This document shows, one piece after another, positions 52,668-64,000 of a stretch of 64,000 nucleotides of DNA. The stretch lies in the NCBI GenBank assembly GCA_951406725.2, contig OX597831.1:23312001-23376000 (forward strand), written 5' to 3'. Positions within the stretch are counted from its first letter, which is position 1. Each line of letters starts with the position of its first letter. The DNA comes from Octopus vulgaris (taxonomy: Eukaryota). The notes beneath the pieces were generated by a model. It did not search any database, had not been told where the DNA came from, and saw nothing but the letters and a program-made list of their open reading frames with translations. The translations under genes were made by a program, and so were the position numbers.

Positions 52668-52980
52668 GTGGATGCGCAATGGCCTAGTGGTTAGGGCAGC
52701 AGACTCGCGGTCGTAGGATCGCGGTTTCGATTCCCAGACCGGGCGTTGTGAGTGTTTATTGAGCGAAAACACCTAAAAGCTCCACGAGGCTCCGGCAAGG
52801 GGTGGTGGCGATCCCTGCTGTACTCTTTCACCACTCTTTCTCCCACTCTTTCTTCTGTTGGCCTGCTCGCTTAGCCAGCGAGGTGGCGTCATTCGAAGGC
52901 TAAAACAATGCAAACGCATTGTGACCAGCGATGTGTAACTACATCTGATGGACTGGTCAGTCACGTGATGATGATGGTGA
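52668..52980 (+). mobile_element. tRNA-derived SINE family D, full length, (GAT)n tail
   Basis: A box tggcctagtggttag, B-box-like ggtttcgattccc, CpG-rich. Confidence 0.85.
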
Positions 52981-53468
52981 TATATATGTATGTATTTGTA
53001 TATATATATATAATTGTATTTATACACACATATATGTAGATACACATATATGTTTATACACACATATATATACACAAAAAATACATCCATAAACGCATAC
53101 ACACACATGTATATGGAAATTTATATATAATGTATATGATGTGTGTGGGTGTTTAAATGTATGCCGAACCTTCAATATTTTAGCTCCAGGGAAAACAGAA
53201 TATTTTTTTTTATATGTTCTACTTTTGTTTATCCTTGTTAAGTTACTTTTTAATTTTATTTATTTCATTTCCCTTTTTCTTTAGGTGAACGAATGTATAG
53301 AGACTAAGATTTGTTATTTTAAAATTTTTTTTTGTTTTTGCTGTGATGCTTGTTTTCTTTGATTGTCTGTTCCTTTAGTTAAAGAATAATTGATTGATGA
53401 AATGTGTATTATATTGACAGCTTTGCTAGTGGTGTGTGTGTGTGTGTGTGTATGTGTATATATATATG

Positions 53469-53500
<32 letters not shown>

Positions 53501-53711
53501 TAAATACATACAATATATATATACATATATATAAATACATACAATATATATATACATATATATAAATACATACAATATATATATATATACATATATATAA
53601 ATACATACGATATATATATACATATATATAAATACATACAATATATATATACATATATATAAATACACATTATATATATATAAAAATATACAATATATAT
53701 ATATACATATA

Positions 53712-53754
<43 letters not shown>

Positions 53755-53770
53755 ATATATACATATATAT

Positions 53771-53829
<59 letters not shown>

Positions 53830-54609
53830 CAATATATATATGTAAATACATACAATATATATATGTACACATGTCTCCTTTTCCTGCCATTCTATAAGTA
53901 AACTGTTTCCCACACAACACAAGGAACAATGGATAGATATTGGTGGGGTTATCTAGAAGCAATTCTACTACGTAATTTTTAACTTGAAACTTATTTTATA
54001 TACCGTATGCTCTTTACACTTGTTGTATATATATGTTTATGCATATATATATATATATATATACATATATATATACACACACACATACATACGTAGATAT
54101 ACGTGTATGTATGTTTGTTTGTTTGTATGCATGTGTGTATATGCACTGACATGTGTATGAGTATGCCTCTAGCCAGGTCTTTCAGGATAACCTTTAAAGC
54201 CAGGAACTTTTCAGCACCCCACTGTACCTTTCTAAGTTGCTAACTTCCTACTTTTCCCCCTGTGATCATTATTTATCGGTCATCAATTGCCTAGTGTTTC
54301 ACACACACCCTCCATCATAAACCAAGAGAAATTCAGGTTGCATCAGATCTTATGCTATCCAATACACCCCACAACATTCTCTTTCCCTCCAGTACATGTG
54401 CTGCATTCACATCATAATACTTCTCCCTTCAGCTTAACTCTCTATCAACAATCCTTACTTTCTTAACCTCAGCCTTCTGTGCTTCTAGAGATCAACCTCA
54501 TACCCTTCAGATCGCTCCTTATCACAGTCTTACCAGCGACCATTTCTGTGGCTATCCCTCACTTGCAATGTTTATTACCAGTTCATAAAACTACTTGCTG
54601 TAGATGATT

Positions 54610-55175
54610 AGTTCCTACCAGCTGACATATAACAACTGGAATAGCATAAGAGAGTTTGTCTCCCTCATCAGCTCACAGTGCCACCATGTAGTCATCTCTT
54701 GTGAAAGGTAGGAGAGTCCAGTTTGCTGGACATCTCACAGTCTAGATAGGTGGCGCTGCAAGCTGATTTAGGTGTATTTACACCATTTGTCTACAGTGAG
54801 AAGTTTTCTATATAACAAAACAACTGCGAATGGCCTGATTACGAGTTCAAACCCATCACTGACATATTCGAACTGTTAATATATTAAATTTATACATCTC
54901 ACTGCTCAGTGCACCTGCCTCATAAATTCATTTATGGTTAGTTGCCTATTAGCCCTACCAGCCAACGTATGACCACTGGAATAACATAAAAGAGATTTCT
55001 GGTTTCTGTGACTGAAGAGGAGGTAAGCTCTGAAACGCCAGCACCTCACAATCTGGATAGGTGGCACTGTGAGCTGATTTAGGTGTCTACAATGAGACAT
55101 TTTCTCCAATTTTCTCCACACAATGAATGGCTTGTTTATGAGTTCAAATTTTCCACTGGCATATTCAAACTGGAT
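54610..55175 (+). repeat. Two tandem ~310-bp units carrying a hammerhead-like motif (retrozyme-like)
   Basis: gataggtggc at 54745 and 55056. Further copies at 59705-60085 (minus) and 60090-60370 (plus). Confidence 0.7.
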
Positions 55176-55449
55176 GTCTTGCAAACAACTTGCACATGCA
55201 AGTACTACCAGTCAAAAGCTCCATATACCGGAAGCCAGCAAGTGTATGGGGGTCGTCAGGAGAGAATGCGCGCCGTTTCAGGGCCTACCACTTGACAGCA
55301 TCAATGCGCACCGGCCCCCCCTCACTGATATGAGGTCCCGCTTGCTAGATCAGCTGGTTATGAAGTTAAGCTCAACATCCTTCTAGCCATCACTCATCGT
55401 CTCTTTTTAACCAAATCCAGTGGCTAGCCTTCTCCATGACATTGCATTT

Positions 55450-55645
55450 AGGTATTTCATCTGCCGTTACTTTCTGAGTTCGAGTTCCACAGAGGTTGAC
55501 TTTGCTTTTCATTTTCATCCTTTCGGGGTCAATAAATTATGTACCAGTTACACACTCGGGTCGATGTTATTGACTTAATCCGTTTGTCTGTCCTTGTTTG
55601 TCCCCTCTATGTTTAGCGCTCTGTGGGCAATAATGAAATAAGAAA
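55450..55645 (+). mobile_element. SINE family B, headless
   Basis: Begins at aggtatttcatctgccgttac; family B body and tail. Confidence 0.8.
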
Positions 55646-55970
55646 TTAAGCATGACATAGTAAGTCACAAAGCTGCTCAGTGAATTACTGGTATAGTTCA
55701 TCTGTTTCTGTCAATCCAGTTACATTTACAAAGCTTTGGTCTACCCACTGATGCTAGGGTAGAATACAGTTCGTCAACATTCCTTTCAGAAGGATTGAAC
55801 CTAGAATGCCATGGTTGTAAACAAACTTCTCAGCCACTTAGCCAACTACACAACTTGTTTTCTCAATTCTCTCTCTTTCTCACACGCATATATTGAAGCT
55901 CAACTGACACAATTATCAATATATACCTAATCAATAATCGTATCTTCATATATTTTGCACACAAATATAG

Positions 55971-56002
<32 letters not shown>

Positions 56003-56443
56003 AGAAACACACACATAGACAATAACACACACACACACACACACACACAGAAACACACACATTTATCAATGAAAAACACACATAGGTACCATACACACAC
56101 ACAAACACGCATTATGAATTGTCATCATTATACAATAGAAATAAATAACAGTGTATAAACAGCCCTCAGCATCGGATATTTTGGAAGGAAGAAAACAGCA
56201 GATGCACTTTCTTATTTATCTCTGCTTAATACAAGTGATAATAGGACTTCATTGTTTGTTAAAAGTGAATTTTTAAAAAAAATATTACTCTTGATTTACA
56301 GGAAGACAAATAAAAAACTCTGTTTAATTGAAGGAACTCAATGTGAAGAGAAGTGGTAGAGGAGGTTGACTTTTCACCTTTGCAATATTTTTGAATTATA
56401 TTTTGGATGGTAGAATCGGAAGGCCAGCTGAAGAAATACCTTG

Positions 56444-56490
<47 letters not shown>

Positions 56491-56495
56491 TATAC

Positions 56496-56572
<77 letters not shown>

Positions 56573-56805
56573 CATACATATATATATATACATATACATA
56601 CATACATATAAGTCGATTACATCGACCCTATTGCATAACTGGTACTTATTTAATCGACCCCAAAAGGATGAAAGGTAAAGTCAAACTCGGTGAAATTTGA
56701 ACTCAGAACGTAACGGCAGACGAAATACCACTAAGTATATATATATATACAGCTGGAAATGGATGCGTTGCGTTCAATTAAATTATATATATATATACAC
56801 ACACA

Positions 56806-57183
56806 TATGCATATATGAGTACAGGACGTCACCAATGGTGCAAATAACAGGAAATACATAAACAAATGAGTTAAATATGTAAACAAATGGGGATAAATGG
56901 AAAGCAGGACAAGTAAACACAGAGAAAAGGACCCTTTGTCAGGTGTCGGCTTACCAACATTCACCTCCCTATAAATCATAAATCTTATCTTAGAATTTAT
57001 GGGACCAACTGTCTTTGAAGACTCACATTATCATTGAATGCCCAAAATGAGGAGTAGATAGACAGCTGACAACTGATGAAGAGTCCTTTCATTGTGTTTA
57101 GTTGTCCTGCTTTCTATCTTTTCTCATTGTTTACATATTTCGTGTTATTTGCACCATTGGTGATGTCCTGTAGCCATATACGC

Positions 57184-57186
<3 letters not shown>
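56806..57186. mobile_element. Inverted-repeat element in (TA)n, PLE-like
   Basis: Arms 56806-56950 and 57064-57186 (acaggacgtcaccaatggtgcaaataac / gttatttgcaccattggtgatgtcctgt). CTGATGAAG at 57073. Confidence 0.7.
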
Positions 57187-57259
<73 letters not shown>

Positions 57260-57469
57260 TATTCTTACACATCATTAGACTGCCAATGATGTGTGTTTGT
57301 TGATAGAAACTTCGAAGTGACTGTCAACAACATTCTTGTATAAGAATAATAAATTTCTATCCTACAGAAGTATAGAGTAACCAACCAGATGAACGTAAAA
57401 TTTTTTTTTGTATTACTGAACATAAAGACAAACATTAACACATATGCACACAACCACATTCACACACAT

Positions 57470-57993
57470 GAAAGGCTTCCTTCAGTTTCTATTCGTGAAA
57501 TCCACTCACAAGGCTTTGGTCAACCTGAGGCTATGATAGAAAGTGCCACTTAGTGGGACTGAACTTAGGATCATGTGGCTGGGAAGAAAACTTCCTTTTG
57601 CTTTATTGCCCTCAAGGGGCTAAAGATAGAAGGGACAAACAAGGACATTAAGTCGATTACATCGAATCTATTGCATAACTGGTACTTATTTAATCGACCC
57701 CAAAAGGATGAAAGGTAAAGTCAAACTCGGTGAAATTTGAACTCAGAACGTAACGGCAGACGAAATACCTATTTCTTTACTACCCACAAGGGGCTTAACA
57801 CAGGGAGGACAAACAAGGACAGACAGACGGATTAAGTTGATTATATCGACCCCAGTGGATTATATCGACCTCAGCGGAATTTGAACTCAGAATGTAGAGG
57901 CAGATGAAATACCGCTAAGCATTTCGCCCGGCGTGCTAACGATTCTGCCAGCTCACCACTGAAAACTTCTTACCACACAGCCACACCTGTGCC
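57470..57993 (-). mobile_element. SINE A 5' part interrupted by a SINE B dimer (about 57600-57960)
   Basis: gaaaacttc occurs on both sides (57586-57594 and 57961-57969). Confidence 0.75.
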
Positions 57994-58417
57994 TATTCTA
58001 ACCATTTTTTATTTATTTATTTTTTGAAAATGCAGGGTTTTCAACAATTGAAATCCTTATTCTGCAATGGAGTAATCAAAATGTCAAGTAAAACATTAAA
58101 AAACGGGAAAGTTGCCATTAATGATCCAGATTTTAAACACCAATAAAATCTTTGACAGCTTAAAGAATTATGTCCCAAATTACATTTTGAAATTTGAAAA
58201 CATTCAAAAGGGGAACTGAGGACTAAAACTAAGTACTGGAAGGGACTTCACAGACACACAGTAGGCCGCTCTTTCTTGTGATAAATGAGGTAAAACACTA
58301 CCACTGATTAGATAAAACCATTAGCCATTTTGGCACTTCTTTAGTATCCTATTAACCTTGACATCTATGTTCTCAATAAAAGTATAAAATAACTCTACCA
58401 AATATCCTAATATTCTT

Positions 58418-58766
58418 TATTACCTCTGCCTTAGGAGATATTGTTTTCAGTTGTGTTTGTTTGTTTGTCCATGGACACGATATCTCAAAATCCACTGGAT
58501 GGTTTTGGCTGAAACATTCAGGGAATGATTGGCATGAACCGATTAGATTTTGGGATCGATCTGATACCGGACAAGGATTCTGGATTATTTTTCCGGTCTT
58601 TTTAGTTAATTTTTGAGAGCAGTCAGGTTCATTTTTAGTATTCTCGTCTGTGAGAGCAGTTGAGTTTATTTCGGATATTCTCATTATAAAAGTCATCTCT
58701 GGCAAATCGTTGAGAGGACATTGGTGTTGCCTTGGTAGAGGTTTGCATTCTCTGAGCACTCTTGTT
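58418..58766 (+). mobile_element. Helentron-associated non-autonomous element (HINE/DINE-1-like)
   Basis: TTATTACCTCTGCC start, (GTTT)n, subterminal inverted repeat ccttggtagaggt, degenerate 3' stem-loop, T-rich insertion site. Confidence 0.75.
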
Positions 58767-58947
58767 TCAATTTTTGTTTAGCCAACTTATGTTTAGACAT
58801 GTCTTTTTATAAGAAAGAGAAATGACAAAGAAATAAATTGTTATCTTATGAACTTCATTAGCTTACAGCTGTTTCTATGTAAGACGTAGTGGATTCATTA
58901 AGGGTTCAGAAACTTAGAGCAGAAACAGCTGTAAACTAATGAAGTTC

Positions 58948-59233
58948 TATATGTAAGAGATGAGGAATTATTTACATTATTTACATTCGACGGATATTTG
59001 TCCTCATCTTGTTTGTTGTTAACACAACGTTTCCGCTGATATACGCTCCAGCCTTCTTCAAGTGTCTTGGGGGAAATTTCGAACCTGGGTTCTCATTCCT
59101 AAGGTATTTTTCGATGTTATTATTATTATTATTGTTAGCGTTCAGGTTAAGAGTGTGGACTACTAACCCCAAGATTCTGAGTTCGATTCCGAGCAGTGAC
59201 CTGAACACTAACAACAACAACAACAATAATAAA

Positions 59234-59301
<68 letters not shown>

Positions 59302-59462
59302 TAATAATAATCATAACATTGAAAAATACCTTAGGAATGAGAACCCAGGTTTGGAATTTCCCCAAGACACCAAGAAGGCTGGAGGGTATATCAGCAGAAA
59401 CGTTGTGTTAATAACCAACAAGATGAGGACAAATATCAGTCAAATGTAAATAATGTAAATAA
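58948..59462. mobile_element. Fold-back element with tRNA-like centre, (AAT)n and hammerhead motifs; 18-bp TSD
   Basis: TGTAAACTAATGAAGTTC at 58930-58947 and 59463-59480. Arms 58968-59148 and 59197-59462. Confidence 0.85.
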
Positions 59463-59704
59463 TGTAAACTAATGAAGTTCATAAGATAATCATTAATTCC
59501 TTTGTCATCTCTCTTTCTTATTACTGCTCTGTACTCAGCCAACACTTTGTTCTGAAACATACATCTATTAAGTTCTACACCAGCTCATTGCTCTTGCAAT
59601 ACCTAAGCAAAATATTAAAATATGTCTTCTTATTCTTGTTAATAATTCTTCTTCTTATTATTATTATTATTGTGGGAGCAATAAGCAGTGATGTGTATAA
59701 ATGT

Positions 59705-60370
59705 AACATTATTACAATTTCGAATATGCCTGTGGCAAATTCGAACTTGTAAACAAGCTATTCAGTGTTTTTGTCATGCAGAAAATTTCCTCACTGTAGA
59801 CATATGTTGTAAATACACCTATTTCAGCTCACAGTGCCACCTATCAAGACTGTGAGATTCAGGCATTATCGGGGTGGTTATCTCCTCTTGAGTCACAGAA
59901 GCCAGACAATTTCTCTCAATTTATTCCAGTCGTTGTACATCAGCTGGTAGTGCTAATAGGCAGCTGACCATAAATAAATTACCAGGTCGGAGCACTAAAC
60001 GGTTTTTTGTATAAATGTGATGTTATAACCAGTTTGAATGTGCCATTGACAAGATTGAACTCATAAACCAGCCATTCACTGTGTTTTGTCAGCACTACCA
60101 GCCGATGTACAAAGACATGAATAGCATAAGAGAAAGTGTCTCTCTTATCAGCTCACAGCACCATTGTTCAGTTTCTATGATTGAAGAGGAGATAACCCCT
60201 GCAAAAATGCTTGAATCTCACAGTCCTGATAGATGGCACTGCATACTGATTTAGGCGTATTTACAGCATTTGTCTACAGTAAGAAATTTTCTCCATGGCA
60301 AAACACAGCGAATGGCTTGCTTACGAGTTCAAACTTGCCGCTGGCATATTCAAACTGATAATAACATTAC
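59705..60370. repeat. Inverted cluster of the ~310-bp hammerhead-like repeat
   Basis: Minus copy 59705-60010, partial minus copy 60025-60085, plus copy 60090-60370; homologous to 54610-55175. Confidence 0.75.
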
Positions 60371-61239
60371 ATGCTTTCTTTTTTAGTTGAATTTCAGTTA
60401 CACAGTGTTTACTTGACCTTTTACCTCTGTAGGTACTAGTAACATACTAAGAGTTGATTCAATCAACTTTACCATTCCTCTAGAGGTGTGTGGTCTTATG
60501 CCAATGTAAGAAATCACAATTTCTTATTTCATTTCTTTTTTTTTTTCAAAGTAGACAAAGATAAGAATACAGAAGAAATATATTGACTGTAGTTGATTTA
60601 GCATAAACCACTCTCTCCCTCTTTTTCTCTCTCATTCTCTTGCTCTCTCCCTCTCTCTCTCTCTCTCTTGTTGTCTTTCTTCTTTCTTTATAGGGTGGGA
60701 AAGATACATTAGCTTAAAACTAATTTGAAATAAATGATTTTTAAAACTACATTGGAGACTAAAAATCTGCTAGAATTTCAAATAACCTCTTCATGTTTAT
60801 TTTTTATTTTATTTAATTCATTTTATCGCAATTTTTTTAGTGTCTTTGTTCACTAAAATTGAAAATTACTAATGGTTAAGCAAGTGAAAATGGGTTTTTT
60901 TGTCTGCTGTGTTTGACAGAATCTGTATTATACATTTCTTTATAATTCACAAAGGAAAAAAACAAACATTATAGGAAACAGCCTTTTTGTTTTAATGCAG
61001 ATCATGAAAGACTTTCAAATCTAATGGTTATATATATGTTCATTATAAAGACATATGGTGGAGAACAATTTCTTTCCATGGTACCTGTTCACAATTTGGT
61101 AAACTGTGCTGGTGTGATTTAAATTTGTTTTACCTGGGTTCAGTCTGTATGCATTGTTTTTATACTTTGGCTATACATTCATACATTTTTCATAGACATG
61201 CACATAAGCATGTGTGTGTATATATATATATATATATAT

Positions 61240-61612
61240 AGGCGCAGGAGTGGCTGTGTGGTAAGTAGCTTGCTTACCAATCACATGGTTCCAGGGTCAG
61301 TCCCACTGCAGGGCACCTTTGGAAAGTGTCTTCTACTATAGCCTCAGGCTGACCAAAGCCTTGTGGTAGATGGAAACTGAAAGAAGTTCATCGTATTTTT
61401 GTATATATATGTATGCGTGTGTGATTGTGTGTCTGTGTTTGTCCTCCCAACATCGCTTGACAACCGATGCTGGTGTGTTTACGTCCCTGTAACTTAGTGG
61501 TTCAGCAAAAGAAACTGATAGAATAAGTACTAGGCTTACAAAGAATAAGTCCTGGAGTCTATTTGCTCGACTAAAGGTGGTGCTCCAGCATGGCCGAAAC
61601 AAGAAAAAGAGA

Positions 61613-61613
<1 letters not shown>
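61240..61613 (+). mobile_element. SINE family A
   Basis: aggcgcaggagtggctgtgtggtaag...gaaacaagaaaaagagag. Confidence 0.9.
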
Positions 61614-61658
<45 letters not shown>

Positions 61659-61662
<4 letters not shown>

Positions 61663-61845
61663 TTAATCCAAACAGGAAAGCACAAAAAAACACAACAACG
61701 CGAGGGCGTGGAACAAATATAGTATTATTGGACACTCAGGAAAGAAGGAAAGACGGAGGGTTTAACATTTCGAGTGGAGCTCTTCGTCGGAAACATAGGA
61801 GAAAGATCCAGAGAAGGGAAGACAGAGGAAAAAAAATCGCCAACG

Positions 61846-61850
<5 letters not shown>
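61659..61850 (-). mobile_element. PLE-terminus-like insert in (TA)n with minimal hammerhead motif (61760-61794)
   Basis: Minus strand reads GTTT-CCGACGA-A-GAG-ctcca-CTC-GAAA-TGT-T-AAAC. Confidence 0.65.
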
Positions 61851-61882
<32 letters not shown>

Positions 61883-63067
61883 TAGGCTTATTTATTATTT
61901 CCTCAAACATGCTACCATTATCATCATCCATGTTATTATCATCATTGTCTAACATCCTCTTTTCCATGCGTGCATGAGTTAGAGGGGTTTATTTCAGGCA
62001 GATATTCTATGGGCAGATGCCTTTCTTGCTACAATCCTCATCTGTCTTCATCGAGATGATATTTCTCCATGGTCCAACATGATCTTGCAGAATATTAGAA
62101 ATAAACAACACTGATTGTATGACAGTGGAAATTATTTACAACTATCATGCAATGTTAAAACAAGGTAACATAAGTACACACACACACTCATGTATACATA
62201 TGTGTTTGTGTGTGTGCACGTGCACAATGGGCTTCTTTCAGTTTCTATCTACCAAATCCACTCACAAGGCTTTTAGCCAACTTGGGGCTATAATAGAAGA
62301 CACTTACTCAAGGTGCTACACTGTGGGACCGAACCTAGAACCATGTAGTTGGGAAGCAAACGTCTTACCACAACCATGCCTTCACCTATATTATGTTGTT
62401 GTCAATTCCATAATATAGCTGCTATTGTTGCTGAAGACTGGCTGCGAATCTTGCACTGGACATGTATCCGAATATTTAAGGTCTTTGTGAATGCAATGTG
62501 AACTGGTTCCAGATTGGGTCTTGTTTACTAGTGACACAGGTGACAGCAAAGAAACACCAATTGTTTGAGACACAGGTGTAACTGAAAGAACTGCTTAAGG
62601 ATTTTGCAAGGCAGAAGCTGATATGAATATAAGCGTTAATTATAGGATTTGAGTTATTAGTATTACTCAACAACAAAAATTGCTTAATTACAGTAGAAAT
62701 TCTTTGAAATTCTTTTCCTTATTACCTGTGTGTCATAAACACCTAGAAAGCAATAATAGATTTTAGCTGTGCAATACTAACAATGCGATATAAATTATTA
62801 TTATCCAATGTTTTCTTCGTTAATATTCCAAGCACGTGCTAGTCAGGAAATGTTTGCTAAAAACAGTTACGATGCCGATAGCTTCGACTTTATTCCAACG
62901 ATTATATTTGCTTAAAGACAAATTCATGTCTGCTTCTATCAGTTTTCTAGAATGAATATTAACCAACCATTATTGGTTAAGGACGTAGAGGAAAAAAGAG
63001 CAGCACAAAATGAAACAAAGCAAACATGGAACAAATATATAATATATATATACATACATATATACAC

Positions 63068-63119
<52 letters not shown>

Positions 63120-63181
63120 ATATTTCGGAATGGTCATATTGCCAGTTTAGCCAATAAATCTTGCACAACAAATATTTAAAC

Positions 63182-63230
<49 letters not shown>

Positions 63231-63699
63231 TGAAAGCAAAATAAAAATAGACTAAATATTTTATGTAGTTTTGTTTTCTTGGAGATATTTCTTGTCATTG
63301 ATAACGCAATGAATAACTGTAAAATACAGCACACTGTGTGAAATAAATCTTTTCACACAAACAGTGCATACAAATTTCTTAATATTTTTCCCTTGAAAGT
63401 GTCTTTTAAATTGTTTTTGCTTTTGGAATTTAGAGGTGAGAGAATAAAATAACATAAATAAAAAAAAATAGGTCTTGCTACAGGTAGCAAAAACATAGTG
63501 TGCTAAGCATTTATAATAAGGTAAACTTGAAGAATACTTCAGAGAATAAATAGTATGTACGAGATTTAAATGTGAAACTAATGCAAGCAGATTGTTATGT
63601 TAATAGATTCTAGATAGACAAGACAGACCTGGATGGCATTTTGTGTCGTGAGACAGAAGGTAGCCTACTTAGAGTAATTAAAAGAATATGTCCTGAACA

Positions 63700-63822
63700 A
63701 CATCAGCATAAACATCATCATCATCATCATCATTACCTTCGTTATTGTCATTGTCATCATCCTTATCATCACCATCACCAACACCACCATCATCATCATC
63801 ATCTTCGTCATCATCATCATTG

Positions 63823-63862
<40 letters not shown>

Positions 63863-64000
63863 TCGTCATCATCATCTTCGTCATCATCATCTTCGTCATC
63901 ATCATCATCGTCATCATCATCACCATCTTCATTATTGTCATCGTCATCATCCTTATCATCACCATCACCCCCATCATCATCATCTTTGTCATCATCATCA
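63700..64000. repeat. (CAT)n tract with an internal ~55-bp duplication
   Basis: Direct inspection; 63734-63800 resembles 63924-63985. Confidence 0.95.

Noticed and set aside
53262-53307. Possible terminal exon (polypyrimidine tract, TTAG|GTGAACGAATGTATAGAGACTAA) or EGF-like VNEC motif
   Set aside because: Only an acceptor-like sequence; no partner exons are identifiable and the cysteine spacing is not EGF-like. RNA-seq would be needed.
57064-57110. Hammerhead at CTGATGAAG (also 17689, 19881 minus and 56427)
   Set aside because: No correctly placed GAAA or helix III follows; at most half-motif remnants.

Overview
AT-rich eukaryotic non-coding DNA, either intergenic or a large intron. The SINE repertoire and microsatellite load suggest an octopus genome; this is inferred from recalled repeat families, not a database search. 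No intact protein-coding gene, rRNA, functional tRNA or CRISPR array can be supported, and almost all listed ORFs are microsatellite translations. The window holds several tRNA-derived SINE families, decayed RTE and CR1/L2 LINE fragments, piggyBac-, Tc1/mariner-, Helitron- and Helentron-type non-autonomous elements, one probable solo LTR, and many simple repeats. Least expected: (1) a recurring set of minimal type I hammerhead-ribozyme motifs (CUGANGA...GAAA with palindromic helix III), many in fold-back elements within microsatellites, as in Penelope-like element (PLE) termini. One has a tRNA-like head and one has a U3-A8 core variant. (2) A ~310-bp tandem/inverted repeat whose consensus folds as a hammerhead, resembling a retrozyme. 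(3) SINE multimers that reuse one junction at independent loci. Most individual ribozyme copies are degenerate and activity is untested. Many element boundaries are approximate.
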